Positions 51,834 to 62,633 of a stretch of 64,000 nucleotides of DNA are shown in pieces. The position numbers and the translations under genes are program-made. Under the pieces are notes generated by a model. It saw only the letters and a list, made by a program, of their open reading frames with translations. It did no database searches and was not told the origin of the DNA. Source of the DNA: an uncultured Verrucomicrobiae bacterium (GTDB taxonomy: Bacteria; Verrucomicrobiota; Verrucomicrobiia; Chthoniobacterales; JAFAMB01); NCBI GenBank assembly GCA_963813025.1, contig CAWEXO010000011.1:512001-576000 (forward strand). The letters run 5' to 3'. Each line of letters starts with the position of its first letter. The first letter of the stretch is position 1.

Positions 51834-53540
51834 TTACAACATTTCGAAGTCGCGGGCGAACAATGATCGATCGGTCTCCTGAATTTCGTTGTGGCGCGTC
51901 CTTGCGGCGACCAACTCCTCGCCAAGCTCGGTCAAGTTTAGGGAGAGACCGTCATCCCCCTGCTGCCAGCCTTCGAGGATAGCCTCCGAAAATTCCTCTG
52001 CGGAGTAGCGCTCACCGAGGATCAGGCCAGTCTCGCCAATCGTAAGCTCGAAAAGATTAAGTTTCTCCACTAGCAAGGTGAGAAGATGCTCTTGAAGGCT
52101 CTTTGCTCGGATAAAATTGAAAATGTCGACCCGCTGCTTTTGCCCCATTCGGTGAAGCCTTCCGATGCGTTGTTCGATTTCCATGGGGTTCCATGGGAGA
52201 TCAAAATTGACGATCTGGTGGCAGAACTGCAGGTTCGTTCCCTCACTTCCTGCGCGGGTCGACACCAGGGCGCCACCTTTTAGCCGAAAAGCTTCCACAA
52301 TTTCGTTTCGCTTACGGCTGGGAACAGATCCGTTGATCGCGAACACTGGGACGCTCTCTTCAGCCAAGGCTTTGGCCAGAGCGAGTTGTGTGAGCCGGAA
52401 TTGCGTGAACACGACCACCCCGCCTGAGCTGGACGCGAGCGCTCGGAGAGGTCGAAACTTGGTTTTCCATGATCGTTCTGGACTTGAGTCGCACAGCCAG
52501 TCAGCGCCATCAAAGAGATCGCGGGTTCTAGTTGCCGCCTCTCTCCAAGCAGCAGGACTGCTGCCGGCAGCTTGCAATAATATCCGTCCACGCATCGCCG
52601 CTTCCGCTTTCGGGATTCGGGTCAGGCGGGAGCGCAATTCGTTCTCCCAATTTTCCCAAAATCGGGTTTCTTCTTCATCGGCTTCAAACAGAATTGTCTC
52701 TGCGCGCCGAGGAGGCATGTCGATGTCCGCGTTAGCGCGAGTGTTGCGGATCATGACCTCACGAAGTAGGTCCCGCAATCTTTCCGGATCTTACACTTTC
52801 CGCGGATTCTCTTTGTTGATAAACCGCTTCCGGAACTCGGCCGGCGCGGGCAACTGACCCGGTCTCAACAGCGTGCCCAGATTGTAGAGGTCTTCTAATC
52901 CATTATGAATCGGGGTCGCGGTGAGCAACAGCATGAATTGTCGCTGGATTTGATTGATGGCCTGCCACGACGCGGAGCTTCGGTTCCGCAAATAATGGGC
53001 TTCGTCCACGATCAGCATGTCCCATTTGATCTGGCTCGCGATCTTCAGACGTTGAGGCGACTTGAGAGTGTGCAGCGAGCTAACAATGCCAGCGTTGTTC
53101 CAAAACGTGGTGTCTCCAGGTTTCAACTCATTGGTCGAAGCTGCGTCGATGCCGAACCGATGCTTGAGTTCTTCGAGCCACTGATCTACGAGCGAGGGCA
53201 TCGTAATGACCAGGAAACGTTTCACCATGCCGCGGATCACGAGTTCTTTGAGCACTAGCGCAGCTTCAATGGTTTTCCCGAGCCCGACTTCATCACAAAG
53301 CAGGGCGCGACCACGCAAAGGGCCGATTACCCGCAACGCCGCACGCAACTGGTACTGATGCCTTTCGATCTCGCAATTAGGCAGGCAAAGAAGTTCATCC
53401 GTCTGGTTCGCCATCCACCATGACGCGGCGCGTTCCTGCCTTAGAAAATCTTCAAGTCCATTGTTCGAAGGGGGCGCTTGCCCTGAATATTCTCCGGCAA
53501 CCGCAACGCGGAGACAATCTCGATCTGCGGAGTTGTCCAT
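51834..53540 (-). pseudogene. SNF2-family helicase (YqhH/RapA-like) with an in-frame TAA at 52791
   Basis: DEVGLGKT, DEAH, LLLTATP, FDLPWNP, QRIGRLHR; the two ORFs share a frame and are separated by one stop. Confidence 0.8.
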
Positions 53541-53879
53541 TTCTGCCGAGGAACCAGTTCGGCAATCGCCGAAGTTTGTTGCGCTCCTTTTCGGTTTTCT
53601 GCGTCACGAAGCCGCAATCGCTCCTGCCGCTTCTTTTCGCGGAGCAGGTCGGCAAGCGCATTTTGTCGGACACGTTCTGCCTCCGCCCTCTGGCGGTGGA
53701 GACGTTCCAATGCCCGAGCTGCTCGATCCTGCCGTTCGCGTTCCAAAAATGCTTCTTCTGCCGGACTGAGCTGGGCACGCTCTTCGGCGAAAAAGGGGCG
53801 CGTTTGACGTTTCGCACTAAAGAGATCGCTGAAAACGAAGCAGACTTACGAATCGTCGAGACTTAAGCGCCAGAGCGGC

Positions 53880-54170
53880 TTCCAAGGTCGAGCACCTGTC
53901 GAGCAGCAATTGCTAAGTGAGCACTGTAGATGTTGTTCTTTTGATGGGAAAGTTATCGAAGGAGAACTACGAAGACTGGCGTCCCGGCCGCGTTCCTTAC
54001 CTGGAACGTGCCATTTCAGGCAACCTCCGGCAGACGAAATCCTTGTTCGAACAGTCCGCAAGATGTGCCTGGCAAAGCGCTTTCGCGAAATCTAGACTGC
54101 CTATCAGACGCTCAACGCTGTTGCGTTTTCTCCAAGACCGGCCATCCGCTGTCGGAGAAACTCTAGGCGC
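53880..54170 (+). pseudogene. Degraded fragment of a conserved hypothetical protein
   Basis: VDVVLLMGKLSKENYEDWRPGRVPYLER looks protein-like, but there is no intact ORF. Confidence 0.35.
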
Positions 54171-54299
54171 TCCCCTACGTCGTTCCGAGGCCAAGCTCTG
54201 TTGCGGGTCGGCACCGCGCAAATTGAACGACACGTCTTTGTCCGCTCGTCCTTCGGTCGCGGAGGTCTGAGATGATCTCTTCAAGTGTTTTAAGTGGCC

Positions 54300-54376
54300 T
54301 GGAGGGACGATTGGGGACAGGTCCACCCGCCTTGGGGACATGGAGGGACGATTGGGGACAGGTCCATCCCGCCTTA
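54300..54376 (+). repeat. 41-bp tandem repeat containing GGGGACAGGTC
   Basis: tggagggacgattggggacaggtcca starts at 54300 and 54341. Confidence 0.85.
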
Positions 54377-54452
54377 GGAAACGGTTCCATCGGCGGTGGA
54401 ATAATAGGTCGACAAATTCACTGCCGATTTACTGCCGGTACGATGCCTAAGA

Positions 54453-56390
54453 TTACGGTGCTGCGAACCGCTCACCGAATTGGTTTTCCAGGTTTGCCCG
54501 GATTCGCTCGAACTGGTCGCCGCCGAGATAATCGATGTAGCCCACCGGTCCGCCCTTGAAAGCGGGATAAACCCAGCCCAGGACGGAGGCGAGATCAGCG
54601 GTGTCAGGTTCCCGAATGATGCCCTCCTTCAGAGCCGAGAGCGTCTCCAAGGTTTGAATCACGAATAGCCGTTGCGCAATGATCTCTGGCTCAGCCGTCT
54701 CGGGATGTTGAGGAAACAGACTCGCCAAGCCCGGCCAAACCATCGGTCTATTGTCTTTGGGATAATCATAGATTCCGCCTCCAGTCTTTCGTCCGAGGCG
54801 GTTTCGCTGGACAAACGCCGAGAGGATTTCGACTGTTCGAGAAGCGTACTTGGCCGCTCCCCGGCCGTGCGCGGCCAAGCTGCGGGCAATGTCCAGATGC
54901 AAATCGAGGGAAAGTACATCAGCCATGGCTAAGGGACCGATCGGCATACCGGCATTTCGGGCGACGCTGTCAATCAAGATCGGAGAAACTCCTTCCCGTA
55001 CTAAGAAAAAAGCTTCCTGTGCATACGCCATCACCACTCGGCTCGTATAAAAACCAGGTCCGTCCCGGGCGACAATCGGCACTTTCCGCAAGCTTCTGGC
55101 CAGCCCGAGCGCCCGATCGAGTGTTTCTTCGCTGGTTGCCGAGCCCACAATGATCTCCAGCAACTCCATCCGTTCGACCGGTGAAAAGAAATGCGTGCCG
55201 ATGAAGCGTGTCGGATCCCGGCAGGCCTCGGCCAAGGAGGAAATCGGTAACGTGGTCGTGTTTGAGGCAAGCACCGAACTTGGCCCGAGCAGCGTTGACA
55301 CGGTCTCCAGAATGGCTTTTTTAATCGCTAATCGTTCAAACACAGCCTCGATCACGAAGTCCGCGTCCGCGATTCCGTCGATCTTCTCCAGAAAAGTGAT
55401 TCGCTCCAGGAGGACAGGGCCGTCGGTTTGTTTGAGGATTTTTTTCTTTGTACGGTCAAGCGCTTCGGCGGAAACATCGAAAAGCCGGACGTCACAGCCC
55501 GCGCGCGCGGCGGTCAGGGCGATTCCTGTTCCCATGAGGCCTGACCCCAGAATCCCCAGCCGGCGGACTGCGGCTTCGGCAGCAGTACCGCCTTTCGAGG
55601 CTTGTTGCCGCAGCGAACAAATGCGTTCGCGATTCCGTGCGGCCGGGGACTTCGCCAGCCGTTGAACTTCCTCCGCTTCGATTTTCAGCCCAGCATCAAA
55701 ACTCCTTTCCCAGCCATCATGAAAACAGCGAAGCAAGGAGGAAAAAACCTCGTCTTCCGGAGGAAATTTTTCCCGGATGCGCAAATAGCTTTTTTGAAGA
55801 AGCCGCTGGACAGACGGCTCCTGGCTATGAAAAGCGGGACGCGTACTCGTGTCCCAGGGCTGCTGCGGTTTAGGGTTCCGGCGGACCCACTGCTCGACAA
55901 CGTGAATCGGATTACTCCTGGATGCGGCGCCCCGTAAAAGTTCGCCGATGTCAGCGGCCAAAAGCGCTTCTTCAAACAAGAGTACCTGGACAGCCTTATC
56001 AGCGCCAACCAGCCACGGCAGCCGCTGCGTGGTGCCCAGAGCGGGAATATTCCCGCAGTGGATTATGGGAAAACAGGCCCGTATTGCCGGGTCCGAGAAA
56101 AAGCGGGCGTGACAGGCCAGAGCCAGTTCAAAGCCGAAGCCGCAAAGATCTCCTTCGACCATCGCGAGGAATGGCGACTCGCGCTGTTCGAGTCGGCGCA
56201 GAGCTGCTCGGAGGCGTCCGATGTAGGGTTTGGCGCTATGAAAATCCTCTATCTGCGACGTTCTCTCGCGATGGCGCACCAGCAGCGGCGCAGCGCCTAC
56301 CGCCGCATTTTCAAGGGCCGAGACGAACCGCTCGGTGACAACCGCCGGAAGCTCGAGGATGGCTATTCGCGATTCGTCTGGCGGCGGCAT
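54453..56390 (-). CDS. fadB: Fatty-acid oxidation multifunctional enzyme (enoyl-CoA hydratase/3-hydroxyacyl-CoA dehydrogenase)
   Basis: FELALACH, GTTQRLP, GSGLMGTGIA, IEAVFE, SNTTTLPI, HFFSPV; the true start is probably further upstream (about 56550). Confidence 0.85.
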   Translation of the reverse strand: MPPPDESRIAILELPAVVTERFVSALENAAVGAAPLLVRHRERTSQIEDFHSAKPYIGRLRAALRRLEQRESPFLAMVEGDLCGFGFELALACHARFFSDPAIRACFPIIHCGNIPALGTTQRLPWLVGADKAVQVLLFEEALLAADIGELLRGAASRSNPIHVVEQWVRRNPKPQQPWDTSTRPAFHSQEPSVQRLLQKSYLRIREKFPPEDEVFSSLLRCFHDGWERSFDAGLKIEAEEVQRLAKSPAARNRERICSLRQQASKGGTAAEAAVRRLGILGSGLMGTGIALTAARAGCDVRLFDVSAEALDRTKKKILKQTDGPVLLERITFLEKIDGIADADFVIEAVFERLAIKKAILETVSTLLGPSSVLASNTTTLPISSLAEACRDPTRFIGTHFFSPVERMELLEIIVGSATSEETLDRALGLARSLRKVPIVARDGPGFYTSRVVMAYAQEAFFLVREGVSPILIDSVARNAGMPIGPLAMADVLSLDLHLDIARSLAAHGRGAAKYASRTVEILSAFVQRNRLGRKTGGGIYDYPKDNRPMVWPGLASLFPQHPETAEPEIIAQRLFVIQTLETLSALKEGIIREPDTADLASVLGWVYPAFKGGPVGYIDYLGGDQFERIRANLENQFGERFAAP

Positions 56391-56574
56391 CTTTAGCGGG
56401 GTTACTCTCTAGCGAAGCCGCACTGAGAACCAGGAGATTTAGGTGATAAGCATAGCGCTGCGCGCCTGGTCCAGCGGCCTCGCTGAAGAGAGTCGTTGAA
56501 AAGCAAAAAAAGAAATATTTGAACGACAGAGGCGTCTGACAAAACTTGATTCATCCACGATCAATTTTCGGTGT

Positions 56575-57798
56575 TCAAGGACTCGAGGAGACTCGTTCGA
56601 CGACAGTCGCAACGCCCATACCCAAGCCGGTGCACATCGTCACCAGTCCGAGGCCCAGGTCGCGCCGCTCCAACTCATCGATCAACGTCCCCAACAGCAT
56701 GGCGCCAGTCGCTCCTACCGGATGTCCCATGGCGATCGCGCCACCGGCCACATTCACCTTTTCCCAAGGTACTTTGGTCTTTTCCATAAAGTATAAAACG
56801 ACCGAAGCGAATGCCTCGTTGACCTCGTAGAGATCAATATCGGAAAACCAGAGACCGGCGCGATGCAATGCGCGATGAGCTGCCTCGGCCGGAGCGGTCA
56901 GCATTATGCATGGGTCGTCCGCCGCTGAGGCGGTCGCCAGGATACGGGCGCGCGGCCGTAGTCCTAGTTTTCTACCGCCCTCCTTCGAACCGAGCAGGAC
57001 GACCGCAGCACCGTCGGCGATCCCGGACGAATTACCGGCATGATGCACATAATTGATTGAGCCCACCTCCGGATAACGGTATCGGACGATTTTGGCGTAG
57101 CCTTCTTCGCCGGCTTTCTGGAAAGATGGTGAGAGTTTGGCCAGGCTCTGCGTCGTGACGTTGTCGCGCACGAGTTCGTCGCGAGTCACAGTGTCGCCGT
57201 GAGCGAAGCGTACCGGGACAACCGATCGATCAAACCAACCCTTGTGCCAGGCAAGCGAGGCGCGCTGCTGCGAAGAAGCAGCCAGAGCATCCACGTCGGT
57301 GCGCGAGTATCCTTGTCGGGTGGCAATCAGATCGGCCGATAACCCTTGTGGGATGGACACGATCCGGTCTTTGAAGCGCACGTCAGACAGCAAGGGTCCA
57401 CCCGAACCGAAAATCGTAAAGAGCGAGAGCATCTCGACACCCCCGGCAATGACCAGTTCTTCCTGTCCAGCAATTACTTTCGCGGCTCCGGTATTCACCG
57501 CATCGAGAGCGGAGCCACAGAAACGTGAAACCATGAACCCAGGAGTAGCGATCGAATAACCGGCGTTGAGCGCAGCGGATCGGGCGAGATTGCCGCCCTG
57601 ATCATCGTATTGTTCACAGCAGCCGAGAATAATCTCTGATTCGGAGTCCTCGATGCCAGGGTACCGCTCTCGCAATTCGGCGAGCAACAAAGTCGTCAGG
57701 CCCACCGGAGTTTGGGTATGCAAACTGCCGGACGTCTTCCCACGTCCACGAGGAGTGCGGATCGCATCAAAAATCAATGCGGCTTCGGTGTTAGCCAT
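56575..57798 (-). CDS. fadA: Acetyl-CoA acyltransferase (thiolase)
   Basis: RFCGSAL, GNSSGIADG, NEAFA, GGAIAMGHPVGATG, CTGLGMG. Confidence 0.92.
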   Translation of the reverse strand: MANTEAALIFDAIRTPRGRGKTSGSLHTQTPVGLTTLLLAELRERYPGIEDSESEIILGCCEQYDDQGGNLARSAALNAGYSIATPGFMVSRFCGSALDAVNTGAAKVIAGQEELVIAGGVEMLSLFTIFGSGGPLLSDVRFKDRIVSIPQGLSADLIATRQGYSRTDVDALAASSQQRASLAWHKGWFDRSVVPVRFAHGDTVTRDELVRDNVTTQSLAKLSPSFQKAGEEGYAKIVRYRYPEVGSINYVHHAGNSSGIADGAAVVLLGSKEGGRKLGLRPRARILATASAADDPCIMLTAPAEAAHRALHRAGLWFSDIDLYEVNEAFASVVLYFMEKTKVPWEKVNVAGGAIAMGHPVGATGAMLLGTLIDELERRDLGLGLVTMCTGLGMGVATVVERVSSSP

Positions 57799-57955
57799 GC
57801 GCTCTAGTTCTGTTCGCTTTCGCAGATTACCACAACCATCGTGTCCGCCATAGTGTCGGCGTCTTGAATAGAGTCCCTGTTAGCTTCCTTGTGCGAAGGG
57901 CTTAGAGAACGGGCGACGTGTTGCTCCGCTTGTGCGGCGAAGGAAAAAAACCAAT

Positions 57956-58564
57956 TTATCCAAAGTCCAGCTGGGACAGAAACGAATTCTGTTTGACCGT
58001 GGCCGCGACATAGAGCGGATGTCTTGGGAACCCTTCCTTGGATATGCCCAGACACTTCAACCGTGTTCCCCGGATGAGCCGCAGAACTTTGCGATCGCGT
58101 TCCAAAAACTTTCCGCCTGCTCCCCAGGCAACGAAAATTGTGGAAACGCGGGCGGCGGCGCGGAGTAGATAATCATCGTTTTCCGGTCCGATCGGATCTC
58201 TATGTCGCCGTAATGCTTTTCGGTCTGTTGAGACCAACGCAAAAAGGTTAGTTAAATAAAGCGCGTTGAAACCCGCGGCTGCGCTGAAATCGCGGATCCG
58301 GAGCAGTGTCCGATCGAGCCGGCGTTCGTCGGCCAAGGACGGGTTTAATCCGATCCACAGACAGGCCTTTCGTGGGCACGCGTGATCCCATCGATGGACT
58401 AAGAGATAGCGATAGGTCCGGTCAGCGGAGAAGACGCAGAAATTCACTGGCGCAAGACCCGGAGCTTCACTGGATCCTCGGCTCATTGCTTGCCGGCCGG
58501 CCGCGCTGGTTGGGTCATCATATGCGAGCTTGGCATCATGTTGCCGCGTTTTCACAAGGCGCAA
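57956..58564 (-). CDS. DUF1643 domain protein
   Basis: YRYLL, IGLNPS, NLFA, AWG and PRHPLY motifs; start uncertain. Confidence 0.8.
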   Translation of the reverse strand: MRLVKTRQHDAKLAYDDPTSAAGRQAMSRGSSEAPGLAPVNFCVFSADRTYRYLLVHRWDHACPRKACLWIGLNPSLADERRLDRTLLRIRDFSAAAGFNALYLTNLFALVSTDRKALRRHRDPIGPENDDYLLRAAARVSTIFVAWGAGGKFLERDRKVLRLIRGTRLKCLGISKEGFPRHPLYVAATVKQNSFLSQLDFG

Positions 58565-58584
58565 AAACGATGCTAGCTGATCCG

Positions 58585-59700
58585 CTAAGAGCAGGGGACG
58601 AAAACCTCTTTCCCCAGCTGACTCGACCGGTAAATAGCGTCAAGGATTTCCATGAGCTGAATTGCCTGGCTCGAGCTGTTCACTGCGGGTTCATCGCCGC
58701 GAATCGAGAGAAGAAAGTTCCGGTCTTGCTCGCTGAATTCGTAGGCCCGAAGGGCGTCACCACGTAGATTCTCGACTTCAATCTGATTCTCCACTAAAGC
58801 TCCGTCCTGGTCCTCGAAGAACGAGAGCGCCGAGGGGCACGTATTCGAATCGATATTAAATACGTCCGTAACTTTCAACGATCCCTTCGGCCCGTAAGTG
58901 GTGGTCGTGAACAGTGAGCGGCCACGCTGCGGACTGAGTGGAATGTCGTTGGTGAGGTTAGCGGCCCAGCTGGTCTTGAACAGCAATGTCGCCCCGTTTT
59001 CGAATCGAATCATTCCGTAAGCGTTATCTTCAACGTCAAAAGTCTTGTTGTTAACCAGCTGGGGAAATTTCTGGTAGGTCTGAGCTGAAATTGCTCGCGG
59101 CTGCGGGGTTCCCATAAGGTACCATGCGGCATCAATTGCGTGTATGCCGAGGTCGATAACCACACCTCCACCTGCCTTCGATCGTTCGGTGAACCAGCCG
59201 TCCAAGCCAGTGGGAGTGCCTCGGGACCTGACCCAGAGGGTCTCGGCAAAGTAGATCTCGCCTAACCGGCGCTCAGCGACAATTCTCTTCGCCCTTTGCA
59301 TTGCCGGAGAAAAGCGCATCTGACGCCCGAAGTAATAAAGCAGTCCTCGTTTTTGCGCTTCTTCGTGGAGCGTTCGCATCTGCGCGGCGTTCATCGTTGG
59401 TGGCTTTTCGCACAGCACATGCTTTCCTGTCTGGAGGGCTTTCAGCGAACAAGGGTAGTGTAGAGAGTTCGGCAGACTGATCACGATGGCTTCCAGGTCT
59501 CGATCCATCAACATCTCATCAAACGAGGTGAAAGTGTGCATTGGTTCAAATCTCGCCGCAAAAGCCTTGAGTCGTTCGGCATTCAGATCGCAGACGGAAT
59601 AAACGATTCCCAACGATGATCCATTGATCGCTTCCGCGTGACGTTCTCCTGGCCAACCTAGGCCGGCGATTCCGACGAGAATGGAAGATGTCGAAGCCAT
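58585..59700 (-). CDS. Gfo/Idh/MocA family oxidoreductase (paralogue of 27309-28391)
   Basis: GLGWPGERHAE, KHVLCEKPPT, GGGVVIDLGIH. Confidence 0.92.
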   Translation of the reverse strand: MASTSSILVGIAGLGWPGERHAEAINGSSLGIVYSVCDLNAERLKAFAARFEPMHTFTSFDEMLMDRDLEAIVISLPNSLHYPCSLKALQTGKHVLCEKPPTMNAAQMRTLHEEAQKRGLLYYFGRQMRFSPAMQRAKRIVAERRLGEIYFAETLWVRSRGTPTGLDGWFTERSKAGGGVVIDLGIHAIDAAWYLMGTPQPRAISAQTYQKFPQLVNNKTFDVEDNAYGMIRFENGATLLFKTSWAANLTNDIPLSPQRGRSLFTTTTYGPKGSLKVTDVFNIDSNTCPSALSFFEDQDGALVENQIEVENLRGDALRAYEFSEQDRNFLLSIRGDEPAVNSSSQAIQLMEILDAIYRSSQLGKEVFVPCS

Positions 59701-59938
59701 TCCTCAATTACGTACGACTTTCCTGGTCTGCGAATGAAAGTATTGTCAAACCAGCTCGAAAATCATCGCGAAGCAGTGATGGCGATGACTGGCGTCATAA
59801 AACATTCCAGCGCTGACCAAAAGTTTGACTGAGCCTTTTGGAGGAGGCTTTCATGGGAGCCTCGAACGCCGCAAAATAATGCTATTAAGAAGAACGATTG
59901 TAACCTCCGGGATGGCTCCCGCGTCGGCTTACATTGCT

Positions 59939-60412
59939 ATGAGACCTCTTCTAATTTCGATTTGTCTAATGCTTGCCTGCGGATCGCTCCAGGCGCAGAG
60001 CTCGGATGCGACGCCGGCACAAAGCCCTTCCTTCGAACAGCACGGTAGGTGGGGGAACCATCGTGGCGGCTGGATCTGGAAAGAGCTGAACCTGACTGAT
60101 ACCCAAAAAGCGGATCTTAAAACGTATCGACAACAGCATAAGACCGAGTTTCGCGCGGCGTTGGCCAACGTGCTAGCCGCCCGGCTGAAGCTGCAACAGG
60201 ACATCAACGCCAATGATCAAACGGCGATTACGACCGATGCTACGACCCTGGGTCAAGCGGCGGCCCAATTGGCTAAAGCGCGTGCCGCGGAGTTTAGTTA
60301 CCTGGCAGGCATTCTAAATCCCGATCAAACTGCCACCTTGCAGAGCCTGCAACAGAAACGCCAGGCCCGGATGCAGGACTGGATCAATAAACTAAACCAA
60401 CCCGGCACTTAG
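59939..60412 (+). CDS. Spy/CpxP-family periplasmic protein
   Basis: Signal peptide; LNLTDTQK and ILNPDQ LTxxQ-type motifs. Confidence 0.75.
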   Translation: MRPLLISICLMLACGSLQAQSSDATPAQSPSFEQHGRWGNHRGGWIWKELNLTDTQKADLKTYRQQHKTEFRAALANVLAARLKLQQDINANDQTAITTDATTLGQAAAQLAKARAAEFSYLAGILNPDQTATLQSLQQKRQARMQDWINKLNQPGT

Positions 60413-60786
60413 CCGTCGGCTTTCGTCTGTGCAGGTGCAGAATCATGCTGCTCCGGCAAGAACAGCGCCGCGTCCGAATAGTTCGTGAAGTCTCGGAACG
60501 TTTGTAAATCGATGGAGCCCGGCGTGACACGATCACGCTGGCAAAGCCGAGGGCCACTGCGCTGCTGCAAATAAGTCCGCTGCGATTCCGGCAACTCTCG
60601 GAGAAGCGAGTTGGACGCGCCTTTTAAGGTAATCAACCGACGGGATTATAACAGGCCGGTAAGCGAGATTCCGAACGTCGGATTCGATGGAGGTGGCGTC
60701 GCCGCCGAGTTGTTGGACCAATAATCGACATGTTTCACGGGCGACAACCGTGAGGTGGCGAAGTATGGTCCCCAACGAATCCGTCG

Positions 60787-62484
60787 ATGACCGAACTTGA
60801 CAAAGAAGAGCAATTCTATCGCGATACGGAGGGCATTGCCTTTCCGAAACTCGATGATCGGCAGCTCGCGATGCTGGAGCCCCTCGGTACGCGCCGCATC
60901 GTGCGGCGCGGCGAACTGGTATACAAAGCTGGCCAGCGTGATCTCGGGCTGACGGCGGTCCTGCGCGGCGAGCTGGAAGTTTTCGAGTCGCGCGACGGGC
61001 AAGAGCAAATCCTCGCGACGTCAGGCCCGCGCGGTTTCATCGGAGACGTTGCGATGCTTATGGGCACCGCGGCGCTGGCCAGCACGCGGGGCAAAGCGGA
61101 TGAGAGCGAAATTCTGGAAGTACCCGCAGATAGGCTTCGCCAGGCGCTCGCGGAGCTGCCCGGCGTCAGCGAGCCGATCGTGCGCGCGTTCATCATGCGT
61201 CGGCAGCGGCTGAAGCGCGACCGGGAGTTTGCCGGGCTGCGCATTCTCGCGCAGGACGGTTCGCGAGATGGCCACCAACTCGACGATTTTCTCGACAAAA
61301 ATCACGTCCCGCATCGATTGATCGATTTTGAAAGCGAATACGGACGAGCCTTGTGCGAGCGCTTTCACCTTGCGAGTCGCGATCTGCCCGCACTGATCAC
61401 GGCGAACGGCAGGCCGCTGCGGCGCCCGTCTTTGCGCGAAGTCGCGCGGGTCGCCGGGCTGCTTCGACCGCTGGCGGCGCGAGGACGAGAGCGAAATTAA
61501 GTGCGATCTCGCCATCATCGGCGCAGGTCCGGCCGGTCTCGCCGCCGCGGTTTATGCCGCGTCCGAAGGGCTCAGAACTGTGGTTTTGGAAGGTTATGCG
61601 CCGGGCGGGCAAGCCGGATCATCTTCGCTGATCGAGAACTTTTTCGGCTTTCCCGCCGGCATCAGCGGCGGCGAGCTGACTTTCAGCGCGCAACTTCAGG
61701 CCTATCGTTTCGGCGCAAAGTTCTCCACGCCCGCGCAGGCGCTCTCGCTCGAATTGAGCGACGGCGAGCACCGCGCGTCCTGGAAATCGAGGGCTGCAGC
61801 GCCACTCTTCTGGCTAAGTGCGTCATCATTGCGACGGGCGCGGACTACCATCGTCTGGAAGCTGAGGGGCGCGAGGACTTCGAGGGCTCCGGCGTTTACT
61901 ACGCTGCCACGGCGCGCGAAGGGCAACTTTGTCGCGGCTCTACCGTCGTCGTCGTCGGCGGCGGGAACTCTGCGGGCCAGGCTGCGATGTTTCTCTCCGA
62001 AAGCGCGAAGAGAGTGCTGCTGGTAATTCGCGGCGAAGATCTCGCCAAAAGCATGTCGAGTTATCTCTCGCGTCGCGTCGAGGCGAAGGAGAACATCGAA
62101 ATTCTGGCGCAAACCGAGATCCGGAAAATGACGGGCGGGAAGGTGCTGGAAGCTGTCGAACTGGAGAACACGCAGACGCACGAACGGAGAACTGTGCAGA
62201 CGTCTGCCGTCTTTTCCATGATCGGCGCAAAACCATGCACTACTTGGCTGCCGTCCGAAATCGAGCGCGACGAAAAGGGCTTCATCAAAACCGGTCACGC
62301 TGTCCTTGACGCGCCATCGTGGAAAGGCATGGGCCGTTTGCCTGGGCCGCTGGAAACGAGTTGGCCAGGAATTTTTGCGGCGGGCGACGTGCGCTCTGGC
62401 TCGGTGAAACGCTGCGCCGCCGCCGTGGGTGAGGGTGGCATGGCGGTCGAGGGCGTGCACGAGGTCCTCAGGACTTACTCCTAG
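60787..62484 (+). CDS. cNMP-binding domain plus thioredoxin reductase fusion (frameshifts near 61490 and 61780)
   Basis: cNMP domain, [44 protein letters not shown]. Confidence 0.85.
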
Positions 62485-62633
62485 ACGCGTGGTCATCGTG
62501 TGTCACGGCACGCGCGATTGACAATTGCCAGCTGGCTAATTGCACAGCTACCTCCCTTTGCCACGGCCCACTCCCTATGCTCGCTCCCTCCGCTTTTATT
62601 GACTGTTTTCTCTCCGGCTGATCAGCTGTATTC

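Noticed and set aside
60409..60775. Small minus-strand ORFs between the Spy-like gene and the trxB fusion
   Set aside because: No recognisable family; possibly a gene fragment, but unsupported.
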